A stretch of DNA of 62,803 bases, filler included, from Globobulimina sp. (Eukaryota), in assembly GCA_003354225.1 (NCBI GenBank). It is 17 parts of 17 records of this genome, joined end to end, with 100 filler letters (N's around TTAATTAATTAA, not from the genome) between each part and the next. Parts side by side here need not be neighbours in the genome. Positions count along the whole stretch, not along the records: positions 37,020 to 40,619 come from PIVH01002433.1; positions 40,720 to 44,319 come from PIVH01002434.1; positions 44,420 to 48,018 come from PIVH01002435.1; positions 48,119 to 51,716 come from PIVH01002436.1; 13 more parts are not named here. The stretch is one strand, 5' to 3'. Position 1 is the first letter of the stretch. Each line of letters begins with the position of its first letter. Below, one piece after another: positions 38,735-49,734 of the stretch. The notes beneath the pieces were generated by a model. It was not told the origin of the DNA, did no database searches, and was given only the letters and a program-made list of their open reading frames with translations. The position numbers and the translations under genes were made by a program.

Positions 38735-39880
38735 TTATTCTGCTGACAAATCCGATACTACGTTATATTTCTTCCGCTTTTCTTTTCTAAAATTACAATA
38801 ACACCAAATTATATTTACCAATATCACCACAGTAACCACCACATTCATGCCAATGCCATTCCATTTGAATGCAAACCAACCATCTCTTACAACATCAACA
38901 TACAAATCACTCCTTTTCTCACCAACAACACAAATCTTATTATTATTACATCTGAATCCATCACAACACCAATCATCGTGTTTGCAATGGTCCCGTCCGT
39001 GCGCACATAGGGCAGTGTATGTGGTCATCATTCCCGCCTCAATATGGTCGTGAACATGGCAGTGATATAACCATATTCCGGGCTCATCAATGTGCATAGT
39101 CACAGTAGAGGTAGTACCTGGTATTAAGCTCACCGTATCCGTGTTCTCTCCGACTGTGTCCACTGCAATATTGCCATGCCAATGTGGTGAATGCGGTCCG
39201 TCTCCTTCGTTGCCGAACGATGCCGTGTACCATCTCACATTTTCACCCGAAGCACAAATTAAATCATCCAAATTACCAAACAAATATCCATTGATAGCAT
39301 GCATTAAATTTGATTCTGCAAAATCGTCATAATCAGCATCTTCAGAATCAGAAGGGACTTCGCTCTGTGTTTTATTCAAATATTTCTTCAAATTCTTGTC
39401 AATTAATCTCGATTCATTTTCATCATACAACACCATAAAAGTCGTAAATTCGCGCTCAATATCTCGTGGCATCAAATTAGTCGAATTCGTTTCCATTCCT
39501 TTCTTGGTTATGATAATAGCTCCAAATAAACCGCTGGAAATATCTTTGGGTTCATCGATATGAGAGTGATACATCCACATTTTGGAGGAAGCGCCTTTAT
39601 CAACATTGGTATTTCGAGAATGTAAGAAATAAATCCATTGCCCATTCGGTGCGATGTTGTCACCTTCAAACGAGTTGTCGTCATACGGTGCCCCTTCGGA
39701 GGTTTTGTCATATTGAAGACCGTGCGTATGGATTGAGGTTGAGATCGAACACAAATTCTTGTAAACAATTTTAATTTTTTCATCTGTCAATGCGCGAATA
39801 TTTGGACCCAAAGCGCCTAAATGTGCGTCTCTCGAAGAACGCGGCTTTTGTGTCGAGAAACAGTTATCTGTATATTCACG
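38735..39880 (-). CDS. Ceruloplasmin-like multicopper oxidase (two cupredoxin domains visible) + Cys-knot-like module + C-terminal TM; 5' lost at chimeric junction
   Basis: Domain A: LGALGPNIRA, SIHTHG, YHSHIDEPKDISSGLFG. Domain B: ESNLMHAING..FGNL, HSPHWHG, HCHVHDHIEAGM. Then CAHGRDHCKHDDWCCDGFRCNNNKIC and a TM. Confidence 0.85.
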   Translation of the reverse strand, partial: REYTDNCFSTQKPRSSRDAHLGALGPNIRALTDEKIKIVYKNLCSISTSIHTHGLQYDKTSEGAPYDDNSFEGDNIAPNGQWIYFLHSRNTNVDKGASSKMWMYHSHIDEPKDISSGLFGAIIITKKGMETNSTNLMPRDIEREFTTFMVLYDENESRLIDKNLKKYLNKTQSEVPSDSEDADYDDFAESNLMHAINGYLFGNLDDLICASGENVRWYTASFGNEGDGPHSPHWHGNIAVDTVGENTDTVSLIPGTTSTVTMHIDEPGIWLYHCHVHDHIEAGMMTTYTALCAHGRDHCKHDDWCCDGFRCNNNKICVVGEKRSDLYVDVVRDGWFAFKWNGIGMNVVVTVVILVNIIWCYCNFRKEKRKKYNVVSDLSAE

Positions 39881-40619
39881 GTGTTGCTTACAGTCTTTAC
39901 CAATCCTGGAAATGCGGTAGCAGAGCAAGGCATAGCCTCCTTGAAGCTGGAGATCGCGCTATCGCCCAAAGAAATAACCTGGTTACAGGATCACCCGCAA
40001 ATCAAAATTGCAGGTCCGCGCTATTTTCCGCCGTTTCATTATTTTGAAAAAGACGGTGCGCTGAAGGGCATGTCCGCTGATTACATTCGGATTATCCTGA
40101 AGTCGCTTGGTGTGGAAGCCGATATCCAGGCAGACCTGCCCTGGCCGGAAGTTCTGAAAAGAACCCAAAATCGGGAAATTGATCTGATCTCCTGTTCTGC
40201 TGTCACAACTGATCGAAAAGCCTATCTCAGTTTTTCACAACCTTACCTATCCTTTCCGCTGGTGATAATCAGCAAAAAGGATGCTTCCTTTATTGGAGGG
40301 CTTGAGGACCTACATGGAAAAAATGTTGCGGTAATAAAGAGAGTTTCAACATATGAGTGGCTGAAACGAGATAAAATAAAAATTGTACCCCATTTTGTAA
40401 ATACGCCACTTGAAAAACTTGAAGCTGTTTCTTTCGGGCATGTTGATGCCGGCATAGAAAATCTGGCTGCTGCCAGTTATCTCATTCAAAAAAGTGGCCT
40501 GTCAAATGTGAAGATTGCAGCACCGACGACATACGGCAACTATAATTTGCATATAGCAGTTCGCAAAGACTGGCCGCAGCTTTTAAGCATTATCAACAAA
40601 GCCCTGGATGCCATGCCAC
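39870..40619 (+). CDS. Bacterial periplasmic-binding (BvgS-like PBP2) sensor domain of a histidine kinase or transporter; fragment
   Basis: Higher GC; signal peptide; LSPKEITWLQDHPQI..FPPF..GMSADY..W.EVL...EIDL..R...L.FSQPY..GLEDLHGK.VAV..AVRKDWPQLLSIINKALD. Confidence 0.85.
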
Positions 40620-40823
40620 NNNNNNNNNNNNNNNNNNNNNNNNNNNNNNNNNNNNNNNNNNNNTTAATTAATTAANNNNNNNNNNNNNNNNNNNNNNNNN
40701 NNNNNNNNNNNNNNNNNNNATGATTTTTAATTATTTTTCATAGTCATACATAATTCATTATCTCGGACGAGATCCCCTTTATTTCATAAATCATATCTGA
40801 ATATATGATTCTGCGTCTTATAG

Positions 40824-43800
40824 GAGTTAACCCTGTACATTGACAATAAGGTAAAATCGACAATTACCGCCGGTGGCTTTGATGCAGGAAATACGAAACA
40901 ATTTTATTCTTCATCGATAAAATTAAAGTTACCGATAGAAACAACGGAGTTTAGCATAACCACTGGAGAGTCGCACCCCAAAAAGACTTATATCCGAGTT
41001 TGGTGCTTAAAATGTGTGCCAAAAGATTTATTAATCATTGGTAGAGACTCTCGAAAGTATTTAGGTTTAGGGACTTACGCAAAGAATGACATTAAGAAAT
41101 GTCTCTATTACCATGCCAGGAAACAATTATTTAATATCATTCCTGAGGACGAAGACGTGGATGGATATTTAGATAAAATCGAATATCGTCACAAAGGCGA
41201 TCCCGGCATATATAAAATCGCCGAAAATAATGAAGTTAGGACATTAAAAACGAGATTCGCGATGAAGTCCGACGTATTACGAGCGGTCAATGAAGCAGAT
41301 ATTAGCGTATCTTGTATGGATTTATTCGAATTAACAGAGTATGAAAATGAATTAAAATATGCAGAATCATGTCCAAGTAAATTTGTATTAGGTTTGAAGA
41401 ACGGTGATTTTATAAACAATCAACCGTCGCTAGAAAGTTTTATTCATATTATTGATGATTTGAATATTGTCAAAATCGACAAAGTTGACGAGATTAACAA
41501 AATTATGCATTTGAATCAAAGTGTAAACACAGCGGTGTTTGAACTAACTTCGCGGGAATTACCAGATGGAACAAAAGTATCTTATCCTGCAGTATTAGAC
41601 GACACTGAGTATGATTTGAATATGTTTAAAAAGGATGAAGTTAGAAAGCATATGATGAGAATAACAAAGAAAGCGAACGTATTCGCTCGAGTTACTGCCG
41701 TAAAGCCATTAGTTGTGCACATTAAAGATAAGAAAAAATGTCGATTGGGCAAGAACTATAATTTGCAGTTAGCCGACGACACCATTTTGAAAAAAGAAGT
41801 GGCCGCATGGACTGATAAAGGGATTATGGAATGGCAAGATCAAGCAAATCCAGATCATATTGTTGAGAATACATCGTCAGCATTTGTGGTACATCGATAT
41901 TTAGGTAAGGATGAAGCAAATAATTTGATAGTCGCATCGCGAGCGGTATGTGATTTAAAAGCATTGAATGACAACACATATCCCTATATTTATGACAATT
42001 TGACGATCGACGAATTACACGATGCCACCGCCGATGCAATGCTATCCAACCAAACCGATATTAAAAAGTGGTTCTACCACAATAAATTAGCACAAGCGAG
42101 TCGACGATATTGCGCTATTCGGGTAAAAGGTGGTGTATTGTTACCAAATGTGGTATTAATGGGGCTTAAAAATGCTCCGATATATTGCCATAAAATCGCA
42201 TCGGACTTATTCTATGGAATTGCATATGCGATACAGGATGATTTGCATCAAGGCATTGTAGCCAGAACTATGGATTTAGCAAAGCAAGAAGCATTGGTAC
42301 AGTATGAAAGATTAATTGATCGCGCCTTGGAATGCAATATAAAGTTACATGCAAAGAAAACGAAGATCGGATTTACGAATTATATCCGAGTAAATAAGCA
42401 AATTACGTCCAGCGGCGCTCAAGTAATGAAGAAGCATACTACGAACGCATTAGAAATGGACTATGATACTTTGAAAACAAAGACCGATTTCCAAGTATTT
42501 GAAGGGATGGCACAATATGTTGCATCGCACGTTCATAATTTGGCGGAGGATTTGTATTTTTTAAGAGAGGAAATGATAAAACCTGCAGCTTTGCCACCAG
42601 ATACAGAGAATGGAAAGAAATTATCTATAAAGCAAAAGAATTTAAGAACGAGATTAGTAAAATCCGATGAAAGCAAGAAAATATTTCATAGGATTCAAGA
42701 TAAAATCAAAAATGCGCTGTTATTGCATCATCCGGATATGAAAATAAGTTCAAAACATCGTTTCTTATTAGAAGTCGATACCTCGTTAATTACAACCGGA
42801 GCATTGGTATATCAACAAAGAACAACCGAGCCTCCATTCGATTTATCAGAGGATAAGAAAGTAAGAGAAACGCAATTAAAAACAAAGTACGATTTAATAG
42901 CATTATATTCGAAGCAATTAACTGAACAGCAACAGCGTTATGGTGCGACGAGAAGAGAATTGCTCGGATTACGCGAAGCATTGAAGAAATTCAAGAAATA
43001 TTTAGGTATCAAAGCATTTGACGTTATCGGTGATTGTGAACCATGTGATAGTCCGAACAAGATGTTGTTGCGTTGGAGAGAAGAATGCGGATTATTTACA
43101 TTTGAGTTTCGACATCGCGAGGGAAAGCTGATGAAAATGTCTGATTATTTATCGCGACTCAGCAAAGTCACAGATGCCCCCTCAATAAATATGGTGCCTG
43201 AAAAGCAAGAATTAGCTGAATTGGATACATTTGGAAACACTCTGATAAATTCAATTGAAACCAATCAGAAAATATTTCAAATTGGAAATATTAATCATAG
43301 ATTAGATATTTGTAAGCCAGTTTTGAGCAACTGCTTACCCGCTAAGCTGCGAACGATTGCAAATATTCATCGAATTTATATTAATGACAAGAACGAAGAT
43401 TGGGCGCAAATCAATGTAATCCAAGCCATTCATATTGGTGTTATGAAATTCGCTGCGAAATATCCTGACTCCCCGTTACTACCATTCCCGTTTATTAATA
43501 AAATCAATAAACGGACACATGAATTATACCCGGTAATGACCAGAGCGATGCGGAAAGCGGAGGAGAAACGTTCGCAGGAAGTTAGAAATGAGACAAAAAT
43601 CGAAAGAAATCGGATTTTGGACAGTTACACAGATAAGAATCTGATAAATATGGATACAGCAAATTATGACGGCCGAGATAAATTATTTGAAAACGAAATT
43701 ATTCAAAGTATGGTCAAGGAAAACAAGCATTATTTGTTGAAACCTTTGAAGAATAATATATTTTTGACATCAGATAAGTCGCCGTATGATTTGATAAAAG

Positions 43801-44319
43801 CCGAACAATATCGGATATATAAATCAATCATTTTGAAATTATTGGATGAGTCATATAAATTAAGTCCAGCAACGTTCTTTGATAAGCATTATATGGACTT
43901 ATTAAAGAAGAATAAATTGGCAGTGCGATCGGATGGATTATTATTATACGAAAATCGTGTGGTGATTCCACCAAATTTACGCGTACCAATTATGCAGTAC
44001 TGTCATGTAGAAGGCGTAAACCACAGAGGCACGACAGCCACAGTAAATTATATAAATCGCTATTTTTATTGGCCGCACAGCCAGGAAGATGCATGTATTT
44101 ATATTAAAAGATGTTTTTGCAAATTAGTAGACAAGAAAAAGAAGGATAAATACAATAAAGACAAAGGTCCGCTATCGCCATACCATGTGGCTGGACCCAA
44201 TCAATTTGTATTTATGGATCTATACGGTCCAACGCATGATGGTGGAATGATTATGGTTATGTTTGATATATGGGACGGAATGTTGAGATTAACCAAAGTA
44301 AAACCTCGTTCATTTGAGA
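40824..44319 (+). mobile_element. pol: Ty3/Gypsy-type LTR retrotransposon pol (protease C-half, RT, RNase H, integrase start); truncated by contig ends
   Basis: Frame open from 40824. Protease LIIGRD; RT RAVCDLKALN, TDIKKWF, MGLKNAP, AIQDD; RNase H VDTS..RELL..GD..RW..SDYLSR; integrase Zn finger H..H...YFYWP...CFC then FMDLYGP. PR-RT-RH-IN order is Gypsy. Confidence 0.92.
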
Positions 44320-44419
44320 NNNNNNNNNNNNNNNNNNNNNNNNNNNNNNNNNNNNNNNNNNNNTTAATTAATTAANNNNNNNNNNNNNNNNNNNNNNNNN
44401 NNNNNNNNNNNNNNNNNNN

Positions 44420-44678
44420 ATTAAGTGATACTTCTGATAAAAATAAAATGCTGATTTCCACTGTTGACGCATTCCAAGGAAAAGAAAAGGATTTAATTAT
44501 TTTATCAATGACAAATAATGTTACAGATCCGACACCATTCAATCGTGACTTAAAGCGAATTAATGTCGCATTGACAAGATGCAAGAAAGGTATAATTATG
44601 GTGTGCTCATTCCAAACCAAAAACATTTATAAACAATCAATATGGAAAAAATGGTTTGATCAGTTCCATAACACATAA
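44420..44678 (+). CDS. SF1 (Upf1/DNA2-like, AAA_12) helicase C-terminal fragment
   Basis: ISTVDAFQGKEKDLIILS and RINVALTRCK (motifs V/VI). Confidence 0.85.
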
Positions 44679-44894
44679 CATCAATGTACAATATAACATG
44701 TGTGGTGTGTGTTGTTTTCTTGTTTGTGTGTATCGGGAACCATGTATGTATGTATCAATCAATCAGTAATTGAGATTACAGGGCTGTACTTTATTTAAAA
44801 ATGCGATGGAAATGCCAAAAACAACAAAAACTGTTTTTTTTTCAAAGATGTGACTTTGAGAAATCTAAAAAATTGATAATCGCAGAGAACTCAC

Positions 44895-45800
44895 TCATAA
44901 GATAGCACAATATTTGCATTGTGTTGTTTCTGTTTTCAACTTCTTAGTTGATATTTTTTTATTTGCCACATTTGTTGCTTTGTATGGTATCCTGGATTCA
45001 AAGTCAATATCATTCTTTGTTGAATTTCCATCATGATAAAACTTTTCAAATTGTTCCAATTGATGAAGGAATCCTGCATTTGGTTGAATTTTGAACCTAC
45101 AGCTTTTGACATAATAATATGCTTCACCCAGCCTCAAAAAATTATTGTTATTTGCATTGTATTTCAATTCCTCAGCAATGAATTTCAATTTGTTTTTTTC
45201 AATCTGATTAAACCGTACTTTCCTTGCAATTAAATATGCGATAACAATGGATGAAGAACGACTGATACCTGCGGCACAATGCACCTTTTAAATTTTAAAT
45301 ACGTTTTATTGTTAATATTGATATTTATATATAGCTAAATTTAACCAGTATTTTTGGAGGTTTCCAATCCAAATTAGCATCCATTTCAGCTATAACTTTT
45401 TGGTTTTTATGATAATAAAATGGATTACATTCATCAATGAAACAACATGCTGCTTCAAAGTACGCGTATAAATTTGAAGCAGTTGCATCTTGTATTGGAA
45501 TCCGAGCATATTTTATGTGTTGAAATATATGGAAACAAGATATATTCTGTGTTGCATTCAAAACATGAGTAATTTCCAATTTATTTAACATGACCAAATT
45601 CATTGCACTCTGTTAAACACAAAATGCATATCATATGATATAAATCAATGGGAAAATATATAAGATACCTGACAATTCCCTAAGTATAACCAGTCGTTGA
45701 TAATTATTGTGGGAGGAACAGAGATTGTGATGGGAATAGCTGTGATTTGATCTTTATTGTATTCATCAGGATTCACAATAATGTCACTAATCTCAGACAT
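44895..45800 (-). CDS. Dual-specificity protein phosphatase with CaaX tail (3 exons)
   Basis: ATG 45800; PTIIINDWLYLGN|..ITHVLNAT..IPIQD..YFEAACCFID..KILV|HCAAGISRSSSIVIAYL..IQPNAGFLHQL; ends CAIL. Confidence 0.9.
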
Positions 45801-45842
45801 GAATTAATTACAACAAAACTTTCACCAAAAAACTGTTATCAA

Positions 45843-46709
45843 ATGTATTTGAAGGAGTTATCAGTTTCAACAGTAATAGCTGTATTTGAGGTAGTATCCT
45901 TACTGTATATATTCTATCGAGATGAATATTTAGATTATTATTTTGGATTATTTTTTATTCCCTTTATGGTGCAACAATTATGTCAGTGCTTAATACTTGC
46001 ATTAGATGTAAATACAGAGAGGAATGATTGTGGTGTCTTAAATGAAGTGTATTCAAACGTAATCTTAATATTTATGCAAACCATCCCATTATTTGTATGT
46101 TTCACTGCATTAAAAACTAATATGCTGACTTCTCGTATTAATTTTTGGAAAGTTTTATTTTTGATACAATTGGTTTTCTATATTGTTTTCACAATAATTA
46201 CGTTTGTGGGTGATTATGATTGTGCCTTTATCGGCGAATATGGACATTTAAGTTTTGAGTTTGTATTTTGTTCACAATATTTGGAGTTATTATTTGCTAA
46301 TAAAAATGTGGCAGAAATAATAACATTCTGTTATTATTTTACACCGTTTATTTTAACTTTTGTTTTATATCAACCATTATGGATTTTGTTTGTTCCATAT
46401 TCATATTTATTTATAATGTTTATTGTTTTGAGGATAATATTAGAATATGAAGCATATTCAGTTTGGTGTTTGTCATCAGTTATGGTGTGTATTTGGATTA
46501 TTTTGTATGTTCCAGTCACAAAATATTTGATAAAAAAGAAATATTTTCAAGCGATTGGGGAATATAATAACAGTAAAATTACAAAAATATTTTTTAATAA
46601 ATCATATTCCCAGTTAGTTGCATTTGAAATGGTTAATGATGTTCATATAATATCGGATGATGATTATACTGGAAATGAACAAGAAACGCATAATTTGGTT
46701 CAAACATGA
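45843..46709 (+). CDS. Multi-pass membrane protein of unknown function
   Basis: About 7 TM helices; QQLCQ, GHLSF and EAYSVWC motifs reminiscent of the DUF5765-type family. Confidence 0.55.
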   Translation: MYLKELSVSTVIAVFEVVSLLYIFYRDEYLDYYFGLFFIPFMVQQLCQCLILALDVNTERNDCGVLNEVYSNVILIFMQTIPLFVCFTALKTNMLTSRINFWKVLFLIQLVFYIVFTIITFVGDYDCAFIGEYGHLSFEFVFCSQYLELLFANKNVAEIITFCYYFTPFILTFVLYQPLWILFVPYSYLFIMFIVLRIILEYEAYSVWCLSSVMVCIWIILYVPVTKYLIKKKYFQAIGEYNNSKITKIFFNKSYSQLVAFEMVNDVHIISDDDYTGNEQETHNLVQT

Positions 46710-47005
46710 TTTTTACACTTTTAGTGTAAATATATAGCATAATACAATGTAAATATGAGTGCTATCACCATCTGCTTTTAATGTTACATACATCAATGTT
46801 TTTGCTTATTGAATAAAGTATGTAACATCACAAAAGATATACAAATAAGGAAATAACAAAAGAAACATAGAAAAAGAAAATTTTGATAAATTAATTATCA
46901 AAATAAAAAACATAAAACCAGCAAATGATAAAAAACAAACAATTCAAAAATAAAAAGCATCACACAAACATATACTGTATATTGTCATTATTGTATTTAA
47001 ATAAT

Positions 47006-48018
47006 TTATGAATTTTTATTGATATTAAATTTTAAATTTATATTTTTGTCATTCATATCACACAAAGGACAAATAACATTGTTCGCCAACCAAATCCGAA
47101 TGCAATTCTTATGGAAAATATGTCTACATTTTAACCTGGCCAACACATCACCTTTTTTGAATGAATCATAACAAATTATACATAAATCTGCTGTCGACGG
47201 GTCTTCTTTTAACCTATCAAAATAATGAAATGTGAGCACTATTGCTTTAGCAAAGAATGGCATGGCAAAAAGATGATTTTTCTTCTTACTCTCATTCACA
47301 GTCTCATCACTTGAATTTTTTATCTCCGCATTTTTATCGTCTCTATCAACACGGTCCTCACTATCAATCTTTTTATCCTCGAGATTAATGTCATGCATTT
47401 CATCCATACCTTTATGATTGGTCTGCACATATTTATACTTATGTTTACTACATGATTTAGTAAACTTTCTCGCTGGAATCACAATACCAGCAATCTCAAT
47501 ATTAAACGCTTATGGTGATCAAGTGTGTGAAATGTTTGTGTGGACATGGCCAAGCTTAAGCTAATCCTCACTGAAAAACAGTACTTAAGCTTGAAAATCA
47601 TGCACACTTTCAAACATGCCACACATTGTTGACATACCAGATGGTGATGGTGATTCTGACAGTGATCTGCTTGTTTCCTTCTCATCCTCTCCATGCATGA
47701 ATCCAGCAACATATTCCATTAATTGTTCACTTTCTAGATCCGATGTTGATTTACGCAAAGATGGCATTGGTGTGATTAACTGATCAGTATCTGTTGTTTT
47801 TATAATTAATTCAGAGCTCTGCATATCAGTATCATCCATATCCGATATTTTTTCATTTTCCTCATCGTAATCTTCCAATTCGCCCTCTGTTCCATAACGA
47901 AAGATGGAGCCTATCACAGTGAGTGACATCGCCGACGCGTTTCTCGATTGTGAATCGACACTCAATTTACGCGCATTTTTTTTTAACATTTTACATTTTG
48001 AGTTGTTATGTTGACGTC
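47006..48018 (-). CDS. RING-H2 zinc-finger E3 ligase (multi-exon, probably 5' truncated)
   Basis: CIICYDSFKKGDVLARLKCRHIFHKNCIRIWLANNVICPLC; upstream acidic ORF 47585-47989. Confidence 0.8.
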
Positions 48019-48505
48019 NNNNNNNNNNNNNNNNNNNNNNNNNNNNNNNNNNNNNNNNNNNNTTAATTAATTAANNNNNNNNNNNNNNNNNNNNNNNNNN
48101 NNNNNNNNNNNNNNNNNNAAGTTTATTTTATTTTTTCTTCATTTTTGTATATTCGGTTGAATGTGGTTTGGAGTTTAGTCATATTTGTGTATGCGTTGGG
48201 AACTGGTTTTTTTTGTTGTTTTAAATATGGACGAAAATGGGATTTGATTTAATTCGGCTCAGATTTGACTTAAGTTTTCCCCACAATTATTGATTTGACG
48301 GTATTGAATTGATTTCAGCGCATCAAATCTAGTGTTGAGTTTTCAAGATTTATAAAAAAAAGTTCACTTACTAGTAGCTTGCTGAAATTAAGAATAATTT
48401 TCGATGTGGCACAGCGCAAAATATATATAAACGTTCATCAAAGTGATCAAACAAAAAGAATATATTATAATTATATATAATTTGAATAAAAATGTACAGC
48501 TAATC

Positions 48506-49487
48506 TCAGAAATAATATTCTTCGGAATGAGCTCTTGATTTTGCTTTCTTATTTGATTTGGCTTTCGTTTTTTTTTTCTTTTTCACATTAATACAGCCAG
48601 AAATATTTGATTTTGATTTCGATCTCACTTTTGATTTAGATTTGGTTTTATTAACACGTTTAACTTTTCTTTTCTTTGCTGTTTTATTTTTAACCGCAAC
48701 CTTCTTCTTTCCTTTTTTTTTCTTTTTACTTTTCTTGTTTTTATTTGTTTTCGCAACAAAACAGCCGCCAAATTCCATTTGATTGGAATTAGATTCAGAG
48801 ATAAGACTATTATTTGATATATTCATCCATATTCATCATTGCCGGCCTAGCGTCGTGCGGTATATTTAATGTATTCATCATTGCCAATAAACTCTCATTT
48901 ATATGTATATCACGCATAGCACTCAAATCTTGTAACTCATCTGGTTTTTTATTCATTTTTATGTGCTTTTTATTGCAATTATTTTCTGCGATATATTGCA
49001 ACCGATTCGATCGCACAAAGATTGAGTTTGTATGATCAGCATCAAAATATATATTCATTTCATTTGGTTTCAAACAATGCACACAATCATCATTATGGAT
49101 ATTACGTTTTTTAATATTGTTTTCCAATTTAACTCCGTACCAATAATTTCTGCTAAAATGTGTCGTGCCGATATATTTTATTTCACCTTTGCCAATATTT
49201 AATACTTTAACTCGTTGGTTATATGAAAATGAAGTGTTTGAGATGGTGTGTTTTTTAATTATTTCGGCGATATTGTCTTTTTCTACAAATATTCCGTGTT
49301 TTTTAATTATTTCGGCGATACGTGTTTTTCTACAAGTATTGTCGTCCATCATGTTTACCATTTTTTTCTTTTAAATGAATGCCAAAAAATAATGTGTTTT
49401 TTTCAAGTCGGCATGTCCAATAAATCGAATCCTACCAACACGTGAATCTGTTAAACGCACAACATCACCAAATGCTGGAGAAGACAT
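48506..49487 (-). pseudogene. Frameshifted tandem CAP-Gly protein with formin-GBD-like segment and Lys-rich tail
   Basis: GDVVRLTDSRVGRIRFIG, then in another frame FFGIHLKEKNGKHDGRQY; second CAP-Gly GEIKYIGTTHFSRNYWYGVKL; LLAMMNTLNIPHDARPAMM; several frame breaks and a duplication of about 24 bp (about 49248 and 49297). Confidence 0.6.
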
Positions 49488-49734
49488 AAAAAAATCATTC
49501 ACTGAAATAAAAACCTCAGCGATATATCCCGGCCAGTGCGATAAGTTGTATACATTATGCAATTATACTTTTCATACATAAAACCATTTCCAATCAGATT
49601 TTAGAATGTATACATTCATGGAAATATATGGAAATGGTTCAGATGCATGACGGTTTTTTATACATTCTAAAATTAGAATTTATCTAAAATTAGCGTCTAA
49701 ATTTAAAAAAAAGACAGAAAGAAAAATTAAAAAA

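Noticed and set aside
38735-39880. Copper nitrite reductase (NirK) of foraminiferal denitrification
   Set aside because: NirK has its type-1 Cu Cys in domain 1. Here the HCH/T1 site is in domain 2 and full trinuclear ligands are present, so it is an oxidase-type MCO.
39821-39928. Genuine antisense overlap between the MCO and the bacterial PBP ORFs
   Set aside because: The overlap comes from each frame running on past a chimeric junction; neither extension resembles its family.
22216-40619. Horizontal gene transfer for the three prokaryote-like segments
   Set aside because: All are mid-gene fusions at contig ends, intronless and compositionally unameliorated. Amplification chimerism is more parsimonious without read support.
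40720-40830. Retroviral protease active site (IYDSAS) or an LTR upstream of pol
   Set aside because: It is in a different frame, flanked by stops, and is not a D-S/T-G motif; no LTR, PBS or gag is recognisable in the 100 nt available.
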